Below are positions 45,075 through 54,806 of a DNA stretch of 64,000 bases, one piece after another; the stretch's first letter is position 1; each line of letters begins with the position of its first letter. Origin of the DNA: an uncultured candidate division Zixibacteria bacterium (GTDB lineage: Bacteria > Zixibacteria > MSB-5A5 > UBA10806). Made by a program: the position numbers and the translations under genes. Below the pieces are notes generated by a model. The model saw only the letters and a list, made by a program, of their open reading frames with translations, was not told where the DNA came from and did not search any database. The stretch is taken from the NCBI GenBank assembly GCA_963801605.1, contig CAWDFP010000006.1, positions 416,001 through 480,000 of the forward strand, written 5' to 3'.

Positions 45075-45420
45075 TTAATATTTCACGCCGTATAGATGCC
45101 AGGTATCCCACCACGATTTAAAACTATCGATTGACCTTATAAACACCAGGTCGTCTGGCTTGATGCTGGCCGATTCACGCCTTATAAAATCAATATTCTC
45201 CTGCCTGCCGATTATATATTCGATCTTCATTTGTCTAATATATTCTATATCCTTCTTTTCTTTCAGGGCCTCGAAACAACGCTTGTTTACCACGCCATCG
45301 AGATTGATTACTTTGAGATTCGAGGCAAAATACCCCAGAGCGCCGGTTTGAGAGCTTCCCACTATTGATCCATTTGGGATATTATCACGCCGCCCCAAGA
45401 ACAGGGATAAACATATCTCG
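45075..45420 (-). pseudogene. C-terminal fragment resembling the soluble tail of GT-C-type membrane glycosyltransferases
   Basis: RDNIPNGSIVGSSQTGALGYF…VINLDGVVN…YI. No upstream multi-TM region and no clean start. Confidence 0.45.
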
Positions 45421-45623
45421 ATTAGTAGCAGAACACAAGCGGTTTTTCGCGCTCTCTCCGGAGAATTGAGAGCGGGGTTCCGCTCGTCTCGATCGATGAT
45501 CGGGACGCGGAAATCCGATTGGCGCGATGGCCAATCGGATTTCTTGCTCCTGACCCTTTGGGTCAGGAGGCGGAACCCCATGCAGATTGTTATTGACTAA
45601 TATCGTGCTATTTCTATTTTTAA

Positions 45624-47936
45624 CAGGGGGCTGGTTCGGAGGGACCAATCGACACGCCCGGGCCAAAGCTAAAATCAAATCTTATCATCTCCCGCCAAAC
45701 CGAAAACGGGCTGGTATATTTTATTGTCAAAGATCCCGATTCTGGACGGTTTTTTAAACTTAAGGAAAAAGAACATTTTATCGCGAACCTGTTTGATTCC
45801 ACCCGGACTTTCGATGATATCGCATCCGCTTTCTCCGAAAAATTCGGCACCCTTGTTTCGGGCGATGATATTTCGAAATTCTATGAACGATTAGCATCGC
45901 TGGGCCTCTTTGAGGCTGATGGCGGACCGGCGGTCGCTTCGGCGCCCAATCTCTGGAATCAACGTCCGCTCCTTCAAAAAATCCTCTTTATTAAAATTAA
46001 GGCCTTTAATCCGGATAGTTTCCTTGAGCGGTCCTTGCCTTATGTAAAGTGGCTTTATTCCCGATATATGTTTCCAGTCTATCTGGGGTTGATTCTTCTA
46101 GCGATAGTGCTGTTCCTCTCGAACCGTTTGGAGCTTTCACAGCAGATTAAGATGATTGGACCGGGATGGATCCCCTTGATTTATATCACGGTCATTCTTG
46201 TTACCATGATACACGAATTGTCTCATGGGTATGCCTGTAAGCTTTATGGAGGCAAGGTCTCGGAGATGGGCTTTTTACTGCTCTACTCGCTGCTTTCGTT
46301 TTATACCAATATTTCCGACGCTTACCTCTTCCCTGATAAAAAGAAACGCATGGCGGTGACAGCGGCTGGCATTCAAAATCAAATCCTGATCTGGGCGATT
46401 GCCATGGTAGTTTGGAGCGTAATGGCGCCGGAAACGATTTTCAACCACGCCGCTTTGATTATCGTCATGCTCTCTTTCCTTTTGGTGATATTCAACCTTA
46501 ATCCGCTGCTTAAGCTTGACGGCTACTATTATCTGGTCGATTACTGGGGTATACCTAACCTGAGAGCCAGAGCCTTTGCTTATTGGAAACAGCGCATATT
46601 TCGCATTTTCTCACCTGATTACCCGCAGAAAGAATTTCCCAGGAGGGAGACAGTTATATATAGTTGGTATGGTCTGGCTGCTATGCTTTATTCGACAGGC
46701 TTTTTTGGCTATGTTTTTATTAAAACCTCGAAATTTCTTTTTTCTCATATAGGCGTTTTGGGAGTGGCAATTTTCTATGGAGTGATGCTATATACGATGG
46801 TTGAAGCATTAAAAAAGACTGGTTTTTGGAATCTGCTTATGAGCGAAAAAGGAAATATCCTAAGACCCCGAAATTGGATCATCATTCTGGTGCTTGTTGC
46901 GGGCTTTATTTTGATCTCGCTTGTGGTGAGAATCAACTTCAAAATCTCTCAAAACTGCCTGATCTATCCAATCGAATCACTGACCGTGACATCAAGTGAC
47001 CCCACCAGCGTGGAAATGATGCTCGATCGCGGTTCCGGCGAAAAAAGCGTCCAGCGCCTGAATCTTTCCGGGCTGGATCTCGATGTTCTTTCAATCGACC
47101 CGCAGGTTAACGAGGGTGACGCTGTAGTAACCGGCCAACTTATCGCCAAGATCGGCTCAACGGAATCTGTGGCCCAGCTTGCCGAATCTCGCGCCAATCT
47201 TAATCGAGCTAAATCACAGCTTGAACTGCTCAAGAAAGGGCCTCGCCCGGAGGAGATTTCCCAGACCGAGGATCTGATCGAGCAGGTTAAAATGAAGATT
47301 GAGAAATCGAAATCCGACCTGGCGCGGTCTGTGGAACTTTCTGCTAAAGGAATGATACCCGCGCAACAGCTTGAAAGCGACCGCACATCTAACGAAATAT
47401 TGAAGTCGGAGCTTAGCTTCTATCAAAATCAAAAACGGTTACAGGAAAACGGGGCGAGGCCGGAAGAGATTTCAATTGCCGAGGCCGATATCGCTGCAAT
47501 TCAAGCGAAAATCGATAGATTGGAACATCAACTTGCCGCCAACAATATTTGCGCTCCCTTTAATGGCACGGTGACAGCGCTTCGGGCCGATTCTAATCTC
47601 ATCACCCTGGCCCGCACCGATACCATGCGAATCAAAATCTTCGTGCCAGAAAAGGAGATCAGCCCAATTAAGATCGGTCAACCCGTAAAGCTTAAAGTGA
47701 TGGGCTACCCGGGCGAGACTCTCGATGGCATAGTGACTAAAATATCCGGTCAGACAGAGCAAGATAATGTTCAACAAGTATTTATAGTAACCGCCAAGGC
47801 TCCCAATACATTGGGCCTGATGAAACCCGGCATGACTGGCCGCGCCAAGATTTATTGCGGCAAATGGCCGATATATAAAATCCTTCTCTGGCGTGTGGTT
47901 CGCTGGTTTCGTGTCGAGGCCTGGAGCTGGTTTTAA
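45624..47936 (+). CDS. PqqD/RRE-like domain + M50 zinc metalloprotease + HlyD-type membrane fusion protein
   Basis: The frame is open from 45624 (PKLKSNLIISRQ…YFIVKDPDSGRFFKL…FYERLASLGL). It has IHELSHG, NLNPLLKLDGYY, V.EGD.V..GQ, APFNGTV and LMKPGMTG. The start codon is unclear (near 45635). Confidence 0.85.
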   Translation, partial: QGAGSEGPIDTPGPKLKSNLIISRQTENGLVYFIVKDPDSGRFFKLKEKEHFIANLFDSTRTFDDIASAFSEKFGTLVSGDDISKFYERLASLGLFEADGGPAVASAPNLWNQRPLLQKILFIKIKAFNPDSFLERSLPYVKWLYSRYMFPVYLGLILLAIVLFLSNRLELSQQIKMIGPGWIPLIYITVILVTMIHELSHGYACKLYGGKVSEMGFLLLYSLLSFYTNISDAYLFPDKKKRMAVTAAGIQNQILIWAIAMVVWSVMAPETIFNHAALIIVMLSFLLVIFNLNPLLKLDGYYYLVDYWGIPNLRARAFAYWKQRIFRIFSPDYPQKEFPRRETVIYSWYGLAAMLYSTGFFGYVFIKTSKFLFSHIGVLGVAIFYGVMLYTMVEALKKTGFWNLLMSEKGNILRPRNWIIILVLVAGFILISLVVRINFKISQNCLIYPIESLTVTSSDPTSVEMMLDRGSGEKSVQRLNLSGLDLDVLSIDPQVNEGDAVVTGQLIAKIGSTESVAQLAESRANLNRAKSQLELLKKGPRPEEISQTEDLIEQVKMKIEKSKSDLARSVELSAKGMIPAQQLESDRTSNEILKSELSFYQNQKRLQENGARPEEISIAEADIAAIQAKIDRLEHQLAANNICAPFNGTVTALRADSNLITLARTDTMRIKIFVPEKEISPIKIGQPVKLKVMGYPGETLDGIVTKISGQTEQDNVQQVFIVTAKAPNTLGLMKPGMTGRAKIYCGKWPIYKILLWRVVRWFRVEAWSWF

Positions 47937-48121
47937 TTTTACCGATAGCAAACACAGGTCGGGGCCATATTCAAGATCGTAATTGAAGCAGTTTATCTGA
48001 TCTGGCCAACCACATAAACGACCACATATCAAGATATTACGGCGATAGTCGTTCTGGCGTTAGCGCCCCTAAAGATTTTATTTGGAACAGGCGCTCTCAA
48101 TAGATATATATTGTAATTAGG

Positions 48122-50635
48122 ATGTTATCTATGCGTCATCGCTTGGGGATAATCCTATCTCTAACCTCAGTAATATTTCTCTCCGGCTGCGTTTATTATA
48201 ATGCCTTCTTCATGGCCCAAAAGAAATTCAATCAGGCCGAACAAAAGCAGGCGGAGAGCCTGCGAACTAAAGCAGACCAACAAACCGCCCCCGGGCGTAA
48301 CCCAAATCAACCTTCGCGGGCGGGAACTGCTCCACAGCAATCGCCCAACGAATCAAATGTCGCCCCGGAGGCTAGGGTTCTCTATAAGGATGCTATCGAT
48401 AAGGCCAACAAAGTCATCACCTTTCATCCTAATTCCAAATGGGTGCCCGATGCCATCTGGCTGATTGGCAAATCCTATTTCAGCATGGGTGATTATGTCA
48501 CCGCCGATCGAAAATTCAAAGAATTGGTAACAAATCATCCCGATTCCAAATTCGCCGACAGATGCTACTATTATATGGGTATCTGTCAAATGAATATGGA
48601 CCACAACGAACAAGCCCTCTCGGCCTTTGCAACCATCGAGAATGCTCCCAAAAAGAGCCCCTATCTGGGAGATGTCGTTTTCGCTAAGGGCGTCATGAAC
48701 ATGAACGATGAAAACTATTCTGATGCAATTGCCCTTTTCGCGCAATATCTGGATAAATATTCCGGCGATTCGTCGGCCGTTGCAGCTTATTATATCGGCC
48801 TCTGCAACGAAAGGCATCTCGATTACTGGCCTGCCTATAATGCTTACAAATCAGTATTGGATCACAAACCTGCCAAAGGATTATATTTCGATGCTTCAAT
48901 TTCTGCGGCGGGCATGGCGCTTGAAAGTGATTCTCTTGTCCTGGGAATGAAGATTCTCGAAGCTCTCAGCAAAGATCAGAGATTCCTGAACAGGGCGGGC
49001 GAAATCAGCAATAAAACCGCTGATGGTTTTTATCTCATGAAGCAAGTTGATAAGGCCGTGGCGCTATACACTGATGTTACCACCAAGAACCCAAGGACTA
49101 ATGCCTCCGCCGAAGCATACTACAGACTTGGCCTTATTTATCAAAATGACAAATTTGATTTAGCCGCCGCCAAAGATGCTTTCACCAAAGCGCAATCTGA
49201 ATTTCCCGAATCGGAGTTCCGCGGATTAGCGCTGGCGCGTTCGGCCCAAATTGCCAAGCTCGAAAACTACCAGGCCCAATTACAGCGCGCCGACTCATTA
49301 AAAATGGTTGATGAGCTAAATTCGCTGGGGACCCCGGATGCGCCGCCGATTAATGCTCCCAAAACCACGATAGCCAATCCAATAAAATTTATCGGCCCCT
49401 TGCAGGACACAACCGTTTTGGCTTTGGGAGATATTAATAAACCATCAGTTTCATTACCGATTGAGCCGAACTTTATCGGGCCCCAAACGCAATTTATCGG
49501 ACCCAAGCCGGTTTTAGCGGCTAATATCAAGCCTCAGCCCGCACCTTCGATAATAGGTCCAATGCCGGATACTGCAGGAAGATCGCAGCCGCAAATCTCC
49601 ACGGGCACTGCCGGCGGAAAATCAATCGATCAGGCTTATGACGATAGTGTCCGACAGTCAATTGTTAGCGCTGGTATCGAAACCAGATTTCTTCTCTCAG
49701 AGCTATACGCTTACGAACTCAACCGGCCCGATTCGGCCTTGCAAGAGTATATCTTAATCGTCAATGAATACCCAACTTCTGCCTACGCGCCTCGGGCGCT
49801 TCTGGCAGCGGCCCAAATTGAGATTCAAAGATCCGATACCGCCAAAGCAAATATTTATTTAAGGCGTCTATTGAAAGATTATGCCAAATCGCCTCAAGCG
49901 GCTCAGGCGGCCGAAATACTGAACAGCCCGATTGATATATCCAACAACGCGATGGGCCTCTATGCTGCGGCGGAAAGTTTAGTTTACCAGGCGGACATGC
50001 CCGACTCAGGGATCGCCCTGTACAAATATATCGCGGCAAATTTCCCCGACCTTGCCCCTATGGCCTCATACGCCGTGGCGTTGATACTGGAAGAGGTCGT
50101 AAATGTCGAGGATAGTTCTGCCTATTATGCCTATTCGGCCGTGGCCAGAGATTTCCCTCAAACTATTTTCGGTGCAGCCGCAAAAGATCGACTAACCGCG
50201 GCCCCCGTTAAAAGCCCCAAACCCAAAACTCCGGCCCGGGATGAACCGGCGCCAGACACAACCTCTCAACCAGATCAAAATCCCGATTCCACAAACCAGG
50301 TTGCCCTGGGGCTTACCCTGGCGCCTCCGGTAAAGACTCCGGGCGTGTTTATGTACCCCGAGGCACTCTACAATAGAGATTTAAAGGGAAAGGTAATCTT
50401 CAAGATCAGGCTCGAGGTTACCGGCAAAGTGCGCGATTATGAAATTATCGGCCCGTCCGGGGAATATGCAATAGATTCATCGGCTACCGCGGCGCTTATG
50501 ACCACTGAATTTGATGTTTCGAATCTGGAGCTTTCGCAGCTTAACGATTATTTCCAATATAGCCTTGTTTTCAAACGGCCCAATATTACCCAATTTGATA
50601 ACCCATATTTAAGAAGACAGGAACAAGGACCCTGA
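48122..50635 (+). CDS. TPR-repeat lipoprotein with a C-terminal TonB_C-like domain
   Basis: Lipobox LSGC-VYYNAFF, many TPR units, Pro-rich linkers and YPEAL…KGKVIFKI…G.V…SGEYAIDSSA. Confidence 0.8.
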   Translation: MLSMRHRLGIILSLTSVIFLSGCVYYNAFFMAQKKFNQAEQKQAESLRTKADQQTAPGRNPNQPSRAGTAPQQSPNESNVAPEARVLYKDAIDKANKVITFHPNSKWVPDAIWLIGKSYFSMGDYVTADRKFKELVTNHPDSKFADRCYYYMGICQMNMDHNEQALSAFATIENAPKKSPYLGDVVFAKGVMNMNDENYSDAIALFAQYLDKYSGDSSAVAAYYIGLCNERHLDYWPAYNAYKSVLDHKPAKGLYFDASISAAGMALESDSLVLGMKILEALSKDQRFLNRAGEISNKTADGFYLMKQVDKAVALYTDVTTKNPRTNASAEAYYRLGLIYQNDKFDLAAAKDAFTKAQSEFPESEFRGLALARSAQIAKLENYQAQLQRADSLKMVDELNSLGTPDAPPINAPKTTIANPIKFIGPLQDTTVLALGDINKPSVSLPIEPNFIGPQTQFIGPKPVLAANIKPQPAPSIIGPMPDTAGRSQPQISTGTAGGKSIDQAYDDSVRQSIVSAGIETRFLLSELYAYELNRPDSALQEYILIVNEYPTSAYAPRALLAAAQIEIQRSDTAKANIYLRRLLKDYAKSPQAAQAAEILNSPIDISNNAMGLYAAAESLVYQADMPDSGIALYKYIAANFPDLAPMASYAVALILEEVVNVEDSSAYYAYSAVARDFPQTIFGAAAKDRLTAAPVKSPKPKTPARDEPAPDTTSQPDQNPDSTNQVALGLTLAPPVKTPGVFMYPEALYNRDLKGKVIFKIRLEVTGKVRDYEIIGPSGEYAIDSSATAALMTTEFDVSNLELSQLNDYFQYSLVFKRPNITQFDNPYLRRQEQGP

Positions 50636-51465
50636 TAAATCCAACCAAATTTAGCGGACATTATTTAATCCTCTCAAAAGAGGAAATCTCGCAATCAATA
50701 TTTAAGTTAGTGTTTGAGGCCCCGGAGATCGCGGGAAAAGCCGTGCCCGGACAATTTATCCAGGCTCGCACGAATGATACCTGCGCTCCTCTCTGGCCCA
50801 GGCCTTTTTCTATTCATCAGGCCGACCCGGCAACCGGCAAGATCGCAATTCTCTTCAAGGTCTTTGGCGGGGGAACCTCGCTCATGGCTGCCAGGCTGCC
50901 CGGTCAAAAAGTCCATCTCTTCGGACCATTGGGAAATGGATTTCCGAAATTGCCGCCGGGACGAGAGATCGTTATGGCCGCCGGTGGAATTGGATTCCCA
51001 CCGCTTTATTTTCTGGCAAAACATTCTATTGATAGCGGATATCCTGCTGAAAATATCACATTTGTATCAGGAGCGAAGAGCCGCTCAGAGCTTCTCAGGG
51101 AAAGAGACCTCAACAAGCTCGGAATGAAACTCGTAATCTGTACGGATGACGGCAGCGAAGGGTATAAGGGACATGTCGTAAATTTCCTGGAGCAAAATTT
51201 GGCCCATCACGCTAACCCCGTTGTTTACGCTTGCGGACCATCGGCAATGCTGCAAGCCGCGGACAATCTTCTTATTGAGAGAAAGATAAGGGGGCATTTA
51301 TCGCTGGAGGCCCTGATGCCGTGCGGCTATGGAATATGTTCCGGATGCGCTGTGAAAACATATCCCGATCCTGATTCGCCTCCCACTGACGACAACCGCA
51401 ACTATCATCTAAAAAGAGTATGTGTCGATGGCCCGGTATTTGGCGTAGGGGAGGTGATTTGGTAA
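50632..51465 (+). CDS. pyrK: Dihydroorotate dehydrogenase electron transfer subunit
   Basis: PGQF, RPFSI, AGGIGFPPL, YACGP, CGYGICSGC and CVDGPVF. The frame is open back to CTG at 50632; the ORF track start is GTG 50710. Confidence 0.92.
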   Translation: MINPTKFSGHYLILSKEEISQSIFKLVFEAPEIAGKAVPGQFIQARTNDTCAPLWPRPFSIHQADPATGKIAILFKVFGGGTSLMAARLPGQKVHLFGPLGNGFPKLPPGREIVMAAGGIGFPPLYFLAKHSIDSGYPAENITFVSGAKSRSELLRERDLNKLGMKLVICTDDGSEGYKGHVVNFLEQNLAHHANPVVYACGPSAMLQAADNLLIERKIRGHLSLEALMPCGYGICSGCAVKTYPDPDSPPTDDNRNYHLKRVCVDGPVFGVGEVIW

Positions 51466-52379
51466 TGGCGGATCTTTCGGTAAATATCGGCTCGCTTCGT
51501 CTAAAAAATCCTGTCCTGACGGCCAGCGGCTGTTTCTCATACGGCGAGGAGGCCGATCAGGTATTCGATATCTCGCGTTTAGGAGGAGTGGTTACCAAAT
51601 CGCTTACCTATCTGCCACGCGAGGGCCATCCGCCACCGAAAGTTGTAGAGACCGACGCTGGTATGCTCAATGCTATTGGCCTCAGCAATGTGGGAATAGA
51701 TAAATTTATCGAGGAGAAGCTTCCGTTCCTTGAGCAGCGCGATACCGCCCGAATTGTAAGTATCGCCGGCTCCACCATCGACGAATATGTAAAACTTTCC
51801 GAACGTTTAGCGGTTTGCCCCGGCGTAGATGCCTTAGAGATCAATATTTCTTGCCCCAATGTTGCCGAGGGCGGCCTGGAGTTTGGCGCTTATCGTGAAC
51901 CCGCAGGAAAAGTAATTTCCGCGGTACGCAAATGCTTTCCGCGAACCATTATCGCCAAGCTGTCTCCCAACGTCACCAATATCGTGGAAATTGCGAAAGC
52001 CGTTGTTGACAATGGAGCCGACGCCGTATCTCTCATCAACACTTTAGTGGGCACAACAATCGATATCGAAAAAAGAACCTTCAGGCTCTCCAACGGCTTT
52101 GGAGGGCTTTCGGGTCCAGCCGTGCGGCCGGTGGCATTAGCAATGGTCTACAAAGTAGCTACGTCAGTTGATATTCCGATTATCGGCCTCGGGGGAATCA
52201 TGTGCGCATCCGATGCAATTCAATTTCTTCTGGCTGGCGCGCGCGCAGTTGAGGTCGGGACTGCTTGCTTTGTCGATCCACTTGCGCCTGTTAAAATAAT
52301 CGATGGAATAAATGAATATCTCGACAGGCATGGCGAAAGCGGTGTTAAAGATATCGTGGGGAAGGTCAGGCGAAAATGA
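51465..52379 (+). CDS. pyrD: Dihydroorotate dehydrogenase, class 1B
   Basis: KNPVLTASG, MLNAIGL.N, EINISCPNV, KLSPNV and GGLSG. Confidence 0.95.
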   Translation: MADLSVNIGSLRLKNPVLTASGCFSYGEEADQVFDISRLGGVVTKSLTYLPREGHPPPKVVETDAGMLNAIGLSNVGIDKFIEEKLPFLEQRDTARIVSIAGSTIDEYVKLSERLAVCPGVDALEINISCPNVAEGGLEFGAYREPAGKVISAVRKCFPRTIIAKLSPNVTNIVEIAKAVVDNGADAVSLINTLVGTTIDIEKRTFRLSNGFGGLSGPAVRPVALAMVYKVATSVDIPIIGLGGIMCASDAIQFLLAGARAVEVGTACFVDPLAPVKIIDGINEYLDRHGESGVKDIVGKVRRK

Positions 52380-53287
52380 ATTTTAGGGAAAAGCTGTTGG
52401 CGGCTGCCGAGAAAAATAATAGTTGGCTGTGCGTGGGGCTTGATCCCGATCCGGCTCAAATACCGGCCAAATTTGGAGAAGGCGCCAAAGCCTTAGAAAA
52501 TTTTTGTAGGGAGATTATCGAAGCTACCAGCGATCTCGTCTGCGCCTATAAGCCCAATGCCGCTTTTTTTGAGGCGTTGGGAGCGGAAGGCTGGGAGGCT
52601 CTTATTCAAACCGTAAAATCGGTGCCGGAACATATCCCGGTGATACTCGATTGCAAGCGAGGCGATATTGGAAATACAGCCCAGATGTATGCCAAATCGG
52701 CCTACGAAATCATTGGCGCCGACGCGGTGACTCTTAGCCCTTATTTGGGGAAAGATTCGATCGAGCCTTTTATTAAATATCGAGATAAGGGAGCTTTTAT
52801 TCTCTGTCTGACATCCAATCCGTCAAGCGCCGAGCTTCAAAAGAAAATTGTACTTCTCGATGATCCGCCGTCAGGAGCAGGCCTTTCTCCGCAATCAAAG
52901 GCGAAAACGTTTGCGGAGTTTTTTAATATTTCAACAACCGATCTTTATCTCTATGTCGCCAGGATGGCCAAGGAATGGAATCAATATGATAATATCGGAT
53001 TGGTTGTAGGGGCAACATCGCCCGGCGAGTTGAAGGCCGTGAGAAATCTTGTTGGTGACGATATGCCGATACTTATCCCGGGTGTGGGCACGCAAGGAGG
53101 CGATCTGGAAAAATCGCTCGATCATGGCGCCAATTCAACGGGCAAACTTGCGATTATCAATATCTCTCGCGCTGTTATTTATGCCGGATCTAAAGGTGAT
53201 AAAGAAAACGCCATTCGTAACGCGGCGGAGGCTTTTCGAAATCAAATTAATGCCGGTATCGATATGAAAATCACGAATAAATCATAG
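52376..53287 (+). CDS. pyrF: Orotidine-5'-phosphate decarboxylase
   Basis: LCVGLDP, KPNAAFFE, DCKRGDIGNT, TSNP, GLVVGAT and PGVGTQGG. Confidence 0.95.
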   Translation: MNFREKLLAAAEKNNSWLCVGLDPDPAQIPAKFGEGAKALENFCREIIEATSDLVCAYKPNAAFFEALGAEGWEALIQTVKSVPEHIPVILDCKRGDIGNTAQMYAKSAYEIIGADAVTLSPYLGKDSIEPFIKYRDKGAFILCLTSNPSSAELQKKIVLLDDPPSGAGLSPQSKAKTFAEFFNISTTDLYLYVARMAKEWNQYDNIGLVVGATSPGELKAVRNLVGDDMPILIPGVGTQGGDLEKSLDHGANSTGKLAIINISRAVIYAGSKGDKENAIRNAAEAFRNQINAGIDMKITNKS

Positions 53288-53343
53288 AGAAAATTTGCGA
53301 TTCTCACCATAAAATATCGTTCTTTTTTTTAAAGTAAATTGTC

Positions 53344-53371
53344 TTGACATGCCTTTAAGGCCATATATATT
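53344..53371 (+). promoter_or_regulatory. Sigma70-type promoter
   Basis: TTGACA-16 bp-TATATT about 60 bp upstream of the HI0933-family gene. Confidence 0.55.
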
Positions 53372-53433
53372 GAAAGCTATAATAGATAAAGCTATAGCTG
53401 AAGTTTGTAGCTCAAATATATAGAGACTGATTT

Positions 53434-54729
53434 ATGGCAGGCATAAAAAAGGTAAAAAAGCTGGACAATAAACGCCCTGTTGTAGTGGTGGGCGGTGGAC
53501 CATCGGGCATGATGGCGGCGCAAACAGCGGCGAAATATTATAACAACGTAATCCTGTTTGATAAAAATCCTGAACCCGGAAAAAAACTCCTTTCGATCCC
53601 TCCCCAAATAATCTACGTTTCGGAAGACTTGCCATTCGATAAAATCGCCAAAGCTTTTGGCCCCAAAGAAAATTTTATTAAACCAGCTTTGAAGGCTTTT
53701 GGATGGAAAGAACTCTCGGCACATCTGGCCGCGATGAATATTAAAATTACTCCAAATGGCACCAGTCACCTGGCAGTCCCGCCGGAAATTGCGGGCGAGG
53801 TGCCTTATCATCTTAAGGACGCCGCGGAAACGGCCGGTGTTTCAGTTCGGAAATCATCTAAGGTCTCAGAATTAATCTTTTCCGGAGATCGAGTTACGGG
53901 AGTCATGGTCAACTCCGTAGAATATCCTGCCGCCTGCGTTATCATCGCCTGTGGCTCGGCGGCCTCGCCGTCTCGCGGCGCCACGCAGGATGGATACGAA
54001 TTTGCGCGGAAGGCCGGACATACAATTGTTCCCATTAAACCGGCACACGTCGGGCTTGAGACAGTTGAGAAATACGGCAAGATGTTGGCCGAATCGGAAT
54101 TCACCGATTGCCGAATTGATATATATAAAAATTCGAAATTGCAGTTTTCAGATCGCGGAAATTTTGGATTCGCTTCGTATGGTCTCGATGGCGAGATGAT
54201 TTTAACTCATTCAGCCGCGATCATCGAGATGCTCAACTGGAGCGGGAGCAATCGCAATAAGGTAGAAATTCATATCGACATGATTCCTGATGTCAGCAAA
54301 AAAGAGGTTTCCGGATGGCTGGCGCAGCAGATCGAGGCATCACCTAAAATTACGGTAGGAGCGCTTTTCGAACGTTACATTCCGCTTAAGCTGCGCGCCG
54401 CAATGCCGAAGATCATGCGCATTCACTCCGATAAACCGGTTGCCAATCTTTCTATGCTCGAACGAAAATCGCTGTTACTCTGGGTGAAAGATTTTCATGT
54501 TTCTATCAAGCGGCCGCGGCCATTTAATGAAACGATGGGAGTCCTGGGCGGAGTCTCCACCGAAGAAATAGAACCTGATACGATGCGCTCGAAAAAAATC
54601 GATAATGTTTATTTCGCGGGCGAGGTGATGGACCTGCTTGGCCCCTGGGGCGGATTTAATCTTCAGATGGCTTTTTCAACCGGCTATCTGGCCGGATTAT
54701 CAGCCGCCAAAGCGATATCAAAGAGTTAA
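53434..54729 (+). CDS. Divergent HI0933/YhiN/BaiN-family flavoprotein
   Basis: VVGGGPSGMMAA, DGYEFA..AGHTI, GGV, TMRSK and YFAGEVMD…GGFNLQMAFSTG. Confidence 0.85.
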   Translation: MAGIKKVKKLDNKRPVVVVGGGPSGMMAAQTAAKYYNNVILFDKNPEPGKKLLSIPPQIIYVSEDLPFDKIAKAFGPKENFIKPALKAFGWKELSAHLAAMNIKITPNGTSHLAVPPEIAGEVPYHLKDAAETAGVSVRKSSKVSELIFSGDRVTGVMVNSVEYPAACVIIACGSAASPSRGATQDGYEFARKAGHTIVPIKPAHVGLETVEKYGKMLAESEFTDCRIDIYKNSKLQFSDRGNFGFASYGLDGEMILTHSAAIIEMLNWSGSNRNKVEIHIDMIPDVSKKEVSGWLAQQIEASPKITVGALFERYIPLKLRAAMPKIMRIHSDKPVANLSMLERKSLLLWVKDFHVSIKRPRPFNETMGVLGGVSTEEIEPDTMRSKKIDNVYFAGEVMDLLGPWGGFNLQMAFSTGYLAGLSAAKAISKS

Positions 54730-54806
54730 ATTTTTCTTTAAAAATGATTACTGCCGGATACAAGTAATTGTAACCGGCAGTTTTATTTTGAAGATTGTAT
54801 TTTATG

